Assembly (NCBI GenBank): GCA_963847625.1
Contig: CAWKAR010000038.1
Span: forward strand, 1 to 64,000
Direction of reading: 5' to 3'
DNA length: 64,000 bases
Origin: a candidate division FCPU426 bacterium
GTDB taxonomy: Bacteria; Oederibacteriota; Muellerivitia; Muellerivitales; Muellerivitaceae
In this document: piece by piece, positions 1-9,967 of the stretch
Position numbering within the stretch: position 1 is the stretch's first letter
How the letters are laid out: every line of letters starts with the position of its first letter
Position numbers and translations under genes: made by a program
The notes under the pieces: generated by a model
Told to the model about the DNA's origin: nothing
What the model saw: only the letters and a program-made list of their open reading frames with translations
The model's database searches: none

Positions 1-2
1 CG

Positions 3-2770
3 CCCACGCCAACACCCACGCGCACGAATACAGCCACGAACACCAATACCCCGACACCTTCTCCTAGCCCGACCAACACCCCGACACCCACTAGGACCAA
101 TTCTCCGACGAATACTGTGACGAACACTTATACGCCTACGCCCTCGCCTACACTCACATCGACACTCACGCGCACGAATACAGCCACGAGCACCAACACC
201 CCGACATCTTCCCCGACTGCGACCAATACCCCGACCCCGACACCCACGAGGACCAATTCGCCCACACCCACGAATACCAATACACCCACGCCCACAAGTA
301 CTGCGACCAACACCCCGACCCCGACACCCACTAGGACCAATTCACCGACACCCACTAGGACCAATTCTCCGACGAATACTGTGACGAACACTTATACGCC
401 TACGCCCTCGCCTACACTCACATCGACACTCACGCGCACGAATACAGCCACGAGCACCAACACCCCGACATCTTCCCCGACTGCGACCAATACCCCGACC
501 CCGACACCCACTAGGACCAATTCACCCACACCCACGAATACCAATACACCCACACCCACAAGTACTGCGACCAACACCCCGACCCCGACACCCACTAGGA
601 CCAATTCACCGACACCCACGAATACCAATACACCCACACCGACAAGTACGGCGACCAACACCCCGACCCCGACACCCACGAGGACCAATTCGCCCACACC
701 CACGAATACCAATACACCCACACCCACAAGTACTGCGACCAACACCCCGACCCCGACACCCACGAGGACCAATTCGCCGACTTCTACTGCGACGAACACG
801 TACACATCAACGAACACCCCAACGCCTACGAATACCCCGACCCCGACCCCGACGCGCACGAATACCCCAACGCCGACGGTGACGAATACGGTGACATTGA
901 CGCCCACCGGGACACAATCACCCACCAACACATCCACGAATACGCCTACCCGCACCAATACGCCGACTCAGACCAATACCCCGACTTCCACCCCTACGGC
1001 GACGAATACGAGGACGAATACTGCGACGAACACGGTGACGAATACTTATACGTCGACACTTACGCCAACCCCGACAAGTACTGCGACCAACACCCCGACC
1101 CCGACTTCTACTAGGACGAATACGCCGACGAACACGGTGATCAATACCTACACGCCAACACCCACAAGTACGGCAACCAATACCCTGACTTCGACGCCCA
1201 CGAGGACTAATACCCCGACACCCACGAATTCCAATACACCCACGCCGACAAGTACGGCGACCAACACCCCGACCCCGACGTCCACGAGGACCAATTCACC
1301 GACACCCACGAATACTAATACACCCACGCTGACGAATACGCCGACCAACACCCCGACTCCGACGCCTACTAGGACGAATACGCCGACGAACACGGCGACA
1401 AACACGGCGACGAACACCTCCACGGCGACACCCAGCCCAACGGTGACGAACACGGTGACATTGACGCCCACGGGGACGCAGTCGCCGACGAACACCCCCA
1501 CGAACAGCCCGACGCGGACGAACACTCCGACGGTGACGAACACGAGTACGGCGACCAACACCCCGACTCCGACACCCAGTCGGACCAATACGGCGACGAA
1601 CACGGTGACGAACACCTATACGGCGAGCAGCACGCCAACCCCCAGCAACACGCCGACTTCGACCAACACGCGGACGAACACTCCGACAGTGACGGCCACG
1701 AATACGCCGACGGTGACATTGACGCCCACGGGGACGCAGTCGCCGACTTCCACCTCCACGGACAGCCCGACGCGGACGAACACTCCGACGGCGACGAACA
1801 CGAATACGCCGACCAACACCCCGACCCCGACTCCCACGAGGACGAATACGCCGACGAGCACGGTGACGAACACCTATACGGCGAGCAACACGCCAACTTC
1901 GACCAACACGTGGACAAACACATATACACCGACGAACACGAGGACGAATACGCCGACAAGTACGGTGACGAACACGGCGACGAACACCTCCACGGCGACG
2001 CCCAGCCCAACGGTGACCAATACGAGGACACATACGCCGACGGTGACGTTGACGCCCACGGGGACGCAGTCGCCGACTTCCACCCCCACGGACAGCCCGA
2101 CGCGGACGAACACTCCGACGGTGACGGCCACGAATACGCCGAGCAACACAGCGACAGTGACGAATACGTACACAGCGACGAGCAGCCCCACGCAGACTTT
2201 CACGAGGACGGATACGGCGACGCCGACCCAGACAAACACGGCGACGCCCAGCTATACGCCGACCGAAACGAACACACAAACGCCGACCTCGACGCAGACT
2301 TCCACCTATACGCAGACAAGCACAAGGACGCAGACGAACACTTATACGGCAAGTAACACGCCCACGCAGACATCCACGAGGACGGATACACCGACGCCGA
2401 CTTTGACGAACACGCCGGGAGAGACTGATACGCTGACTCCGACGAACACGAAGACGCCGACGAACACTTATACGACGAGTAACACGCCGACTTCGACTTC
2501 GACCCCCACGGAGACGTTCACGACCACGCAGACATCGACCACGACGGCGACGAAGACGCCGACGAACACTTATACGGCGAGTAACACGGCCACGGAGACA
2601 TTCACGGCGACGCAGACATCGACGACGACGGTGACGAAGACGCCGACTTCCACTCCGACGCCGACGTATACGAGAACACCGGTTCCCACGGCGACGGACA
2701 CCTGCACATGGACGCCGACGAACAGCCCGACGCCCACGGTGACACCTCCTCCGACGGCGACGCCGGTGCC
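3..2770 (+). repeat. Coding tandem repeats (84-bp/28-aa units and a 264-bp near-exact duplication)
   Basis: TTCTCCGACGAATACTGTGACGAACACTTATACGCCTACGCCCTCGCC at 101 and 365. [28 protein letters not shown] repeated several times. Confidence 0.9.
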
Positions 2771-4280
2771 GGGATGCGGAGGATGCAGTCTGACGACGAA
2801 CCAGTCGGCGAACTTTGTGGTGGGCCAAGCGGCGCTGACGTTGAACGCCACGTCACCGGTGAACGCGGGTTCATTGTACCGGCCGGAAGGGGTATTCCAG
2901 GCGGGGAACGACCTGATCGTGGCGGATTCGATGGCCAACCGGGTTTTGGTATACAGCCCGATTCCCAGCGTGATCCATCCAAGCGCGGTGCAGGTGATCG
3001 GGCAGTCGACGTTCACGGGAAGCGTGACGAACCAGGGTGTTTCGGTGAATTCGAATACCTTGTATTTGCCGTTGGGGATATGGAGCGACGGGACCATGCT
3101 GATCGTGGCGGACGAAGGGAACAACCGGGTATTGATTTACAGCAATATCGGTTCACTGGCGGTGACGAACGGATCGGCAGACGTGGTGATCGGGCAGGCG
3201 GACATGGTGAGCAGCAAGGCGAACCGCGGGGTGACGACGACGCCGGGAGCGAACACGCTATACGCGCCGGACGGGGTATTTTATGACGGGCAGAGACTGT
3301 TCATATCGGACATGGACAACAACCGGATATTGGTATACAACTCGCTGCCATCGGCGAATGGGGCGAGCGCGGATGAAGTGATCGGGCAGTCGAATTTCAC
3401 GAGCCAAACCGGGGATGGAGGGCTGACCAGCGCGACATCGCAAGGGCTGGTGACACCGAGGGGATTGTGGGTGGATAGCGGGAACCTATACGTGGCGGAC
3501 GCAGGGAACAACCGGATACTGATTTATAACAACGGAGGTAACGGGATAGACAGTCTGGCGGGGAACAACCCGCCGGCGGACGCGGTGGTGGGTCAAGTAA
3601 GCTACACCACGAGCGCAAAAGGATGTTCGGCGACTCAACTGAGCGGGCCCATGGGAGTATGCGGAGTGAATTGCCAGCTATATATCTCGGACACGGGAAA
3701 CGACAGGGTATTGATTTACAATCAAATTCCCACAGGGACGGCTAATCCGCCGGCGGTAGGGGTATTGGGACAGGCGAACATGATTACTAATACGTCGTCA
3801 ACGACCACGAAGGCCAATGATTTTATCAACCCATGGAATCTGCAAGCGGTGGGGGGGATGTTGTACGTGACGGATCTCAATGAAGACCGGTTGATGGCGT
3901 TCCAATGCGCGGCCGGGACAGGTGCGTCGTCAAATGTGAAAGAGGTGGTGATGAAGGAGACAACCCCGACTCCCCCGGTGACGGGGGCGATGTTGGGGAG
4001 TGTGGTGGCGGGGCCGAACATCTCCAGGGGCGGGGGGACGGTGGAAATCCGGTACAGCCTGGGGCAGGCGGCGAAAGTGACATTGAGGATTTACACGGTC
4101 ACAGGGGAGTTGGTGTACGAGAAGGGAGTGGAAGGGAACGCGGGTGCCAACAAGCTGGCGTGGGGAGTGAGGAACCAGGGGGGGGAGGCGGTAGCCAGCG
4201 GGCTCTATGTCTACGCGTTGCAGGCCGAGGGAGGAAATGGCATTGCCCGCAAGACGGGCAAGATCGTGGTGGCGCATTGA
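3..4280 (+). CDS. Giant surface protein (5'-truncated by window): >900 aa Thr/Pro/Asn/Ser mucin-like repeat, NHL beta-propeller, C-terminal FlgD-Ig/T9SS-type-A-like domain
   Basis: Frame open from base 3 ([10 protein letters not shown]...). Repeated LIVADxxNNRVLIY..ADxVIGQ blades. C-terminus VVAGPNISR...[13 protein letters not shown]...[20 protein letters not shown]...KIVVAH. Confidence 0.85.
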   Translation, partial: PTPTPTRTNTATNTNTPTPSPSPTNTPTPTRTNSPTNTVTNTYTPTPSPTLTSTLTRTNTATSTNTPTSSPTATNTPTPTPTRTNSPTPTNTNTPTPTSTATNTPTPTPTRTNSPTPTRTNSPTNTVTNTYTPTPSPTLTSTLTRTNTATSTNTPTSSPTATNTPTPTPTRTNSPTPTNTNTPTPTSTATNTPTPTPTRTNSPTPTNTNTPTPTSTATNTPTPTPTRTNSPTPTNTNTPTPTSTATNTPTPTPTRTNSPTSTATNTYTSTNTPTPTNTPTPTPTRTNTPTPTVTNTVTLTPTGTQSPTNTSTNTPTRTNTPTQTNTPTSTPTATNTRTNTATNTVTNTYTSTLTPTPTSTATNTPTPTSTRTNTPTNTVINTYTPTPTSTATNTLTSTPTRTNTPTPTNSNTPTPTSTATNTPTPTSTRTNSPTPTNTNTPTLTNTPTNTPTPTPTRTNTPTNTATNTATNTSTATPSPTVTNTVTLTPTGTQSPTNTPTNSPTRTNTPTVTNTSTATNTPTPTPSRTNTATNTVTNTYTASSTPTPSNTPTSTNTRTNTPTVTATNTPTVTLTPTGTQSPTSTSTDSPTRTNTPTATNTNTPTNTPTPTPTRTNTPTSTVTNTYTASNTPTSTNTWTNTYTPTNTRTNTPTSTVTNTATNTSTATPSPTVTNTRTHTPTVTLTPTGTQSPTSTPTDSPTRTNTPTVTATNTPSNTATVTNTYTATSSPTQTFTRTDTATPTQTNTATPSYTPTETNTQTPTSTQTSTYTQTSTRTQTNTYTASNTPTQTSTRTDTPTPTLTNTPGETDTLTPTNTKTPTNTYTTSNTPTSTSTPTETFTTTQTSTTTATKTPTNTYTASNTATETFTATQTSTTTVTKTPTSTPTPTYTRTPVPTATDTCTWTPTNSPTPTVTPPPTATPVPGCGGCSLTTNQSANFVVGQAALTLNATSPVNAGSLYRPEGVFQAGNDLIVADSMANRVLVYSPIPSVIHPSAVQVIGQSTFTGSVTNQGVSVNSNTLYLPLGIWSDGTMLIVADEGNNRVLIYSNIGSLAVTNGSADVVIGQADMVSSKANRGVTTTPGANTLYAPDGVFYDGQRLFISDMDNNRILVYNSLPSANGASADEVIGQSNFTSQTGDGGLTSATSQGLVTPRGLWVDSGNLYVADAGNNRILIYNNGGNGIDSLAGNNPPADAVVGQVSYTTSAKGCSATQLSGPMGVCGVNCQLYISDTGNDRVLIYNQIPTGTANPPAVGVLGQANMITNTSSTTTKANDFINPWNLQAVGGMLYVTDLNEDRLMAFQCAAGTGASSNVKEVVMKETTPTPPVTGAMLGSVVAGPNISRGGGTVEIRYSLGQAAKVTLRIYTVTGELVYEKGVEGNAGANKLAWGVRNQGGEAVASGLYVYALQAEGGNGIARKTGKIVVAH

Positions 4281-4312
4281 AATAAACCCACATCAAACCG
4301 TCCCTGAGATAC

Positions 4313-4348
4313 AAAAACCCCTCATTCCAAAGGAATCAGGGGTTTTTT
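4313..4348 (+). terminator. Rho-independent (possibly bidirectional) terminator
   Basis: AAAAACCCCTCATTCC-AAA-GGAATCAGGGGTTTTTT, ~30 bp after the stop codon. Confidence 0.8.
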
Positions 4349-4513
4349 ACTGGCGGGTTAAGGCGCGATTAGTCTTAAAATAAATCGTTGAAGAAATATC
4401 TTTTTTCAATTTTCAACACTCAGGATCCCTTGTTTTCCGGCGGGAAAATTCTTGAACGCTGGTTTTTCAGCAGTTTTTATTATAATGCCAACAATTTTTA
4501 CCAGGAGGGTGGG

Positions 4514-5800
4514 ATGAATAAAACTCTGGGAATGTTCTTCGCGACGATAGGTTTGCTCATGGTCCTGGGATGTGCTCCCCATTCGGGTGGGGATAAATCC
4601 GGAATTACTCTCACTTGTATTGGCTGGGGTGACATCGAGGAAGCCAAGATCATCCAAGCTGCGGTTAATGATTTCAAGATGGCCCATCCCGGCGTAGAAG
4701 TGAAATTGCAGAGGGCACCCTACGGCGAGTACATTACTAAGGTTCTAACCCAGTTCTCGGGCGGCTTGGCGCCAGACGTAATGGCGGTAAATGCCGAGCA
4801 GATGATCTCTTTCGCATCCAGGGGCGTGTTCCGGGATTTGAAACCCTACGTGGACAAAGACTCCTCCATCAAGCTCTCCGATTTTTATCCCGAAGCCATC
4901 GACCATTACACCTACAACGGCATCCTAACTGCCATCCCGAGGGACATCGCGCCCGTCGCGGTGATCTACTACAACAAGAAGAAATTCGACGAGGCTGGCC
5001 TGCCCTATCCCAAGGACGATTGGACTTACGAACAGTTCGCAACAACGGCGCAAAAATTGGTGAAAAAGGACGCCAAGGGACGGGTGACACAGTACGGTTT
5101 CCTGGACGACTACCCGACCTGGGACGCCTGGGTTTACGCCTTCGGAGGGAGTATGGTGGACAATGAGAAAAAGCCCGCCCGATGCACCCTGGACAGCGCC
5201 GCCGCCATAGCGGGGGTGCAGTTCCGCTCCGACCTCATCTACAAGTACGGTTGCACGCCCAGTCCCAGCGCTTCCACCGCCATGGGTGGCCTGGGCAATT
5301 CGGACCACTTCATCAACGGCTCGGTGGCTATGTTCCACAGCGGGATCTGGATGACCCCGCGGTTCCGCCAGATCAAGGATTTCGAATGGGACACGGTGGA
5401 GTTCCCGACGGGGCCCGGCGGTAACCGGGGTTTCCCGCTAAGCGCCGCTGGTTACGGCATCATCAAGACCTGCAAAAACCCCGATATGGCCTACGAGCTG
5501 GTGAAGTTTTTGGCCGGGGAAGTGGGACAAAAATACATGGCGGCTACGGGTTTGACCCAGCCGGCTATCAAGGCTGTCGCCCAGTCACCGGTCTTTCTGG
5601 ACGGGTTGGAGCCGAAATCAAAAGGATTCCTTGTGGACGCGGTAAAATACGGGCACTACCAACCGCTTGACCCCAACATTAACGAATGGAAAGCCCGGGT
5701 GGACTCTGCATTGGACCGGGTGTGGAACGAGGGCAAGCCGGCCCAGAAGGCGCTGGTCAAGGTTACAAAGGAAATCAACGCGAAGTTTTTCAAGAAATAA
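4514..5800 (+). CDS. Sugar ABC transporter substrate-binding lipoprotein (SBP_bac_1/8)
   Basis: ATG after GGAGGG. Lipobox VLGC. Motifs APDVM, IYYNKKKFDEAGL, FINGSVAMF. Confidence 0.9.
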   Translation: MNKTLGMFFATIGLLMVLGCAPHSGGDKSGITLTCIGWGDIEEAKIIQAAVNDFKMAHPGVEVKLQRAPYGEYITKVLTQFSGGLAPDVMAVNAEQMISFASRGVFRDLKPYVDKDSSIKLSDFYPEAIDHYTYNGILTAIPRDIAPVAVIYYNKKKFDEAGLPYPKDDWTYEQFATTAQKLVKKDAKGRVTQYGFLDDYPTWDAWVYAFGGSMVDNEKKPARCTLDSAAAIAGVQFRSDLIYKYGCTPSPSASTAMGGLGNSDHFINGSVAMFHSGIWMTPRFRQIKDFEWDTVEFPTGPGGNRGFPLSAAGYGIIKTCKNPDMAYELVKFLAGEVGQKYMAATGLTQPAIKAVAQSPVFLDGLEPKSKGFLVDAVKYGHYQPLDPNINEWKARVDSALDRVWNEGKPAQKALVKVTKEINAKFFKK

Positions 5801-5817
5801 CCGAAAGCTAAGATTGA

Positions 5818-6744
5818 TTAATAGCTGTTTTTCTTAATGAAACTTATGACTTCATCAAAGTCCGCACTCGCCAGGGCCACGCAGGTGTCCGCCGCGCCAT
5901 AGTAAACGTCCAGCTTGTTGGTTTTCTCATCCAGGATGCTCGCAGTCGGGAATACCACATTGGGCACAAATCCCACCCGCTCATAGTCTGCGGTGGGGGA
6001 CATCAGGTACCGCTTGGTGCGGTATTTCACTTTCCAGGGCTTATTCAAGTCGAGGATCGCCCCCCCCATGGAATACACGAACCCGTTACAGGTCGTATGA
6101 ACCCCGTGGTAAATCATGACCCACCCTTCCTTGGTTTCAATCGGAGTGGGGCCAGCCCCGACCTTGGTCATCTGCCATCCGCTGGTCCTGCCGAAAACGA
6201 ATTTGTGCCCGCCCCAATGAATCAGATCCGGACTGGTGGCAAAAAAAACATCGCCATAGGGCGTATGCCCATTGTCGGAAGGACGGTGGAGAAGGGCGTA
6301 TTGGCCGTTGATTTTCCTGGGGAAAAGAACCGCGTTGCGGTTGTAAGGCAAGAGTATGGTCGCCATCTGGGTGAAATTCTTGAAATCCCTTGTACGGGCT
6401 AATCCGATGGAAGGGCCGGAGGAAGGGTAATAGCACCAGGTGATGTAATAGGTTTCTCCGATCTTAGTGATGCGGGGGTCATAGCCCATTCCACAGGGGA
6501 TACTTTCCGGCACTTCGCCGGTCAGTTTCATCCGATTAGGCTGGATGTCCCAGTTGATGCCATCGCGGCTGAAGCCCACATGCAGTTCCATCAACATTTC
6601 CTGGGTGTCCACCCGGAACACACCCGCATAAGCGTCCTTGAACCGAACCACAGCGCTGTTCATGATGACGTTGGCGTTGGGGACCGCCTCCGACGTAATG
6701 ATGGGATTCTGGGAATAGCGTTGAAAAACTGTTTCGTTAGCCAC
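5818..6744 (-). CDS. GH130 beta-1,4-mannooligosaccharide phosphorylase (GH130_2-like)
   Basis: NSAVV, GYDPRI, LPYNRNAVLFPRKING, RPSDNGHTPYGDVF, GFVPNVVFP, YYGAADT. GTG start after AGGAGG. Confidence 0.9.
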   Translation of the reverse strand: MANETVFQRYSQNPIITSEAVPNANVIMNSAVVRFKDAYAGVFRVDTQEMLMELHVGFSRDGINWDIQPNRMKLTGEVPESIPCGMGYDPRITKIGETYYITWCYYPSSGPSIGLARTRDFKNFTQMATILLPYNRNAVLFPRKINGQYALLHRPSDNGHTPYGDVFFATSPDLIHWGGHKFVFGRTSGWQMTKVGAGPTPIETKEGWVMIYHGVHTTCNGFVYSMGGAILDLNKPWKVKYRTKRYLMSPTADYERVGFVPNVVFPTASILDEKTNKLDVYYGAADTCVALASADFDEVISFIKKNSY

Positions 6745-6862
6745 GAAAGTCCTCCTGAATTTGAAAGGTGAGTCTTCCCAACTCAAACAAAAATCACCGC
6801 GGTATTTTATTCATCATTCCAAACGGGCCATAACAAGTTCAAAGGGGTGGAACGAACCCCGA

Positions 6863-7609
6863 TTAGGCTTTTAGGCTTGTCCTAAAACATTTTAAGATTT
6901 CCAGGGTGTGCTCCGGGTTCCGTACCCGGATGCAATCCACCACCTGAAGGGCGGGGTAGTCGTTGCCGTCCGGATCCATCTTATCCCCGAAGAACAGGGC
7001 TTCGGAGGGTTTCAGCCCGTTGGCCTCAAGGAACCTGTGGATGCCCCAGGCCTTATCCACCCCCTTCGGCGTGATGTCGATGGAGGTTCTGCCACCGATC
7101 CGCATCGAGTATTTATCGCCCAAACAGGTTTTTAGGAAACCAAGCCAAACCCGTCTCTTGGAGCCGTCGGGGTCGTTGGTCCTCTTTTTCTCGTCAGGCG
7201 CGTTTCGTCCGATTGAAGAAAGGGTGATTTGAGAACCGCGGTCTTGAAGTTGATCCTCTTTGGTCGTCATGGAGCAAATGTCGTATTTGGCGATGAGGGA
7301 ATCGAAAGCATCCAGGATTTCTTTTCTTTCGGCAAAGGTGAACTCCAGCCGGTATTGCTCGTTGAACACGGCTTTTCCATCCCGGTAGTCCACCTTGACG
7401 TAATGGGTTCCGGAAACGGCCAAGAAGTGGTGGGGAACCGGCAAAAAGGGGGTGATCTGGGCGGATAAATGTTGGAAGCTGCTGCCGCTGATGAAGGCGA
7501 AGGAACACCCCCCCCGGATAATCCTTTCGATCTCGCTCGCCATGGCGGGCGAGATGGGTTTCGTACTGGGACAGATGGTGTCATCCACGTCGGCGATAAG
7601 GGTTAACAT
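6863..7609 (-). CDS. HAD-IIB hydrolase, phosphomannomutase (PMM/Sec53)-like
   Basis: DVDDT motif I, ISGS, DRGSQIT, GGRTSIDITPKGVDK, FFGDKMDPDGNDY. Confidence 0.75.
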   Translation of the reverse strand: MLTLIADVDDTICPSTKPISPAMASEIERIIRGGCSFAFISGSSFQHLSAQITPFLPVPHHFLAVSGTHYVKVDYRDGKAVFNEQYRLEFTFAERKEILDAFDSLIAKYDICSMTTKEDQLQDRGSQITLSSIGRNAPDEKKRTNDPDGSKRRVWLGFLKTCLGDKYSMRIGGRTSIDITPKGVDKAWGIHRFLEANGLKPSEALFFGDKMDPDGNDYPALQVVDCIRVRNPEHTLEILKCFRTSLKA

Positions 7610-7682
7610 TACTCACCTGTAAAGAGGTTGATTCACAAAGGCCACATCATACAACATTCGGTAAAAACCGGGAAATCCCTTT

Positions 7683-7698
7683 GTTAAAACCTTTTAAC
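7683..7698. promoter_or_regulatory. Candidate LacI-family operator in the divergent HAD/lacI intergenic region
   Basis: Palindrome GTTAAAA-CC-TTTTAAC, similar to TAAAACGATTTA at 8990. Confidence 0.45.
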
Positions 7699-7848
7699 TG
7701 TCCCTGAGTCTAATATATATAGCCTGAAAAAAAGGGACGATTGTTTGAATTTTCCCATTTTTAAAAGATATTGGCAACCCAACTAAACCTGAGCGGCAAG
7801 GATGATGTTAAAATAACCCCCCGTTTTATTAAGTGTAAGCGAGGCCTC

Positions 7849-8874
7849 ATGGGTACCCATTCCACGATTAAAGACGTGGCCAAGAAAGCCGGAGTCTCCA
7901 TTACCACAGTCTCCTTTGTGTTGAACAACCGGCAGGACGTGGCCATCAGCGAGGAAGTCAAGAAACGGGTCCTGAAGGTGGCTCGGGAGATGGATTACCA
8001 CCCCAGCGCCATGGCGGCGGGATTGGCGGGAAAAAGAACCCGGAACCTGGGCGTCGTTTTTTTCCAGGAAGACAATATGATCTCCAACCCATTTTATTCC
8101 TTCATCGTCGAGGGAATCGTTCGGGAAACCATCGAAAAGGGGTTCAACCTTTTCTTTTCGTACCAGGAGTCGGCTTACGAAGGTTACCAAAGTTTTCCCA
8201 GGATCATCCGGGAAAAAAACGTGGACGGCGTTCTGTTAATCGGCCGGTGCGATCCCCACATGGTGGGGGATATCCAGGACCGGCGCATTCCGGTGGTGGC
8301 CATCGAGAATTTCCCTGCACTTAAGGATGTGGATACCATCCAGATTGAAAACAAGAGAGGAGGCATTCTCGCGGTGGATCACCTGATCCAATTTGGCCAT
8401 AAGAACATCGGCCTCCTGACGGTTGGGGATTTAAGGCCTAGCATTTCGGAAAGGGAGGAAGGCTGGCGGGCTTCCTACTTGAGGAACAATATTCCTCTGA
8501 ACGAAAAATATATTTTCAAAAGCTCAATGCTGACCTTCCGCGGCGGCTACGAGAGGACCAAGGAACTTCTGAGGGAAAACAAGAAAATCACCGGGCTTTT
8601 TTGCGTGAACGATGAAATGGCGGCGGGGGCCCTGAGAGCGGCCCGTGAAGTGGGAAGAAAGTTGCCGGAGGATTTGAGCGTGGTGGGCTTTGACAACATC
8701 ATCATGAGCAACTATACCGATCCGCCCCTGACTACCATCAGCGTGGCTAAGGAGTACTTGGGAAAACTGGCGGTCATCAGGCTTCTGGAAATAATGGAAA
8801 ACGAAAACCTTCCAGCCCTCCGGCAGGAAGTTCCGGTGGAATTGGTCGTGAGAAATTCCACAGCTGGAATCTGA
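7849..8874 (+). CDS. LacI-family transcriptional regulator
   Basis: TIKDVAKKAGVSITTVSFVLN HTH. LSVVGFDN..PPLTTI. ELVVRNST. Confidence 0.95.
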   Translation: MGTHSTIKDVAKKAGVSITTVSFVLNNRQDVAISEEVKKRVLKVAREMDYHPSAMAAGLAGKRTRNLGVVFFQEDNMISNPFYSFIVEGIVRETIEKGFNLFFSYQESAYEGYQSFPRIIREKNVDGVLLIGRCDPHMVGDIQDRRIPVVAIENFPALKDVDTIQIENKRGGILAVDHLIQFGHKNIGLLTVGDLRPSISEREEGWRASYLRNNIPLNEKYIFKSSMLTFRGGYERTKELLRENKKITGLFCVNDEMAAGALRAAREVGRKLPEDLSVVGFDNIIMSNYTDPPLTTISVAKEYLGKLAVIRLLEIMENENLPALRQEVPVELVVRNSTAGI

Positions 8875-8878
8875 GATG

Positions 8879-8892
8879 TAAAACCGGTTTTA
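8879..8892. promoter_or_regulatory. Candidate LacI-family operator
   Basis: Perfect palindrome TAAAACCGGTTTTA with central CG, upstream of the operon promoter. Confidence 0.5.
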
Positions 8893-8952
8893 TTTTATTT
8901 ATTGAGACCAAGATGGTGTTTTGTGAATCGGAGTCTATTTTCGGGATTTATC

Positions 8953-9001
8953 TTGACAGGGAAAATATCGGGTGCTAATTTGCGCTAACTAAAACGATTT
9001 A
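8953..9001 (+). promoter_or_regulatory. Sigma70 promoter of the 9067-19386 operon with downstream operator candidate
   Basis: TTGACA (8953), 17-bp spacer, TGc-TAATTT (8976). TAAAACGATTTA at 8990-9001 lies near the inferred +1. Confidence 0.6.
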
Positions 9002-9066
9002 ATTGAAACCAGGTTTTAATCCGACACTCCCGTTAAATTAATTGAAGGCTTTTTAAGGAGGCTTTA

Positions 9067-9951
9067 ATGAAATATCTCAAATACGTGGTTTTAGTTCTCT
9101 TGGTCATATTTTTTTCCCCATTTTTCACTTTTTTAAACAGTGGTTGCAGTAAAAGCGCCACCCAGCCCCGTTGGGACGCGACTAATACTTTTACCAAAAC
9201 ACCAACCTTCACTATTACGTCCACAGCACCTCCTACTCAAACTCCAACGTACACGAATACGGCGACCATCACCAACACTCCGGGGAGTCCTACCTCAACG
9301 AATACCCCGACATCCACACCAACAGACACACCGACAACGAATCCAAGCTATACGGCCACTTACACCCCGACCGTCACGGAAACACCAACCGTCTCGAACA
9401 CCCCCACTTCCACCCCGACAATCAGTTCCCTTGACTTTACTTTTAGTTCGGCCGCCTCCATCACGGGGTGGTATTACAATGCCAGTGGTTCCGTGGGTGG
9501 AGGAGTCACCACTACCGCGGCTGTGGGTTTTGACGGAACCGCAAGTTGTCCTCCCAATTCTGGGGCGCTCGCGGTAACCATCGCGTTTACAGGAGTCAAT
9601 CAACAAGTGAACATCCAGTATGCCACTGGAAGCGTCATTAATTTGGCAGGGAAAGCTGTCAGCGCAGTAGTGAAAGTTCCTTCAGGTTTTAATACTAACA
9701 ATCCCCAGGGCGGCCACCTTTATGCGCAAAATGGTTCGCCTAATTGGCTTTTTTATAAAGACCCAACATATCAAAATTTAGGACCTGGCTGCGTCACCTT
9801 GACCATGAACGTTCCAGCCACCATTACTGCTGTCACTGGAGGTAATTTTGACCCATCACAGGTCGTTCTCATTGGATTGGAGCTGGACAGCAACGCTTCT
9901 GGGAGTACTACGCAGACAGTCGTAGATGTCTTCAATTGGCTTTCCCAATAA
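9067..9951 (+). CDS. Lipoprotein with Thr/Pro linker and C-terminal CBM-like beta-sandwich
   Basis: AGGAGG RBS. Hydrophobic leader ending LNSGC. ~80 aa T/P linker. DFTFSS..GW...INLAGK...[12 protein letters not shown]. Confidence 0.65.
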   Translation: MKYLKYVVLVLLVIFFSPFFTFLNSGCSKSATQPRWDATNTFTKTPTFTITSTAPPTQTPTYTNTATITNTPGSPTSTNTPTSTPTDTPTTNPSYTATYTPTVTETPTVSNTPTSTPTISSLDFTFSSAASITGWYYNASGSVGGGVTTTAAVGFDGTASCPPNSGALAVTIAFTGVNQQVNIQYATGSVINLAGKAVSAVVKVPSGFNTNNPQGGHLYAQNGSPNWLFYKDPTYQNLGPGCVTLTMNVPATITAVTGGNFDPSQVVLIGLELDSNASGSTTQTVVDVFNWLSQ

Positions 9952-9967
9952 TATTAGCGAGGTTCTC

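Noticed and set aside
128..2828. Val/Gly-rich and Arg-rich minus-strand ORFs
   Set aside because: Antisense shadows of the Thr/Pro repeat gene.
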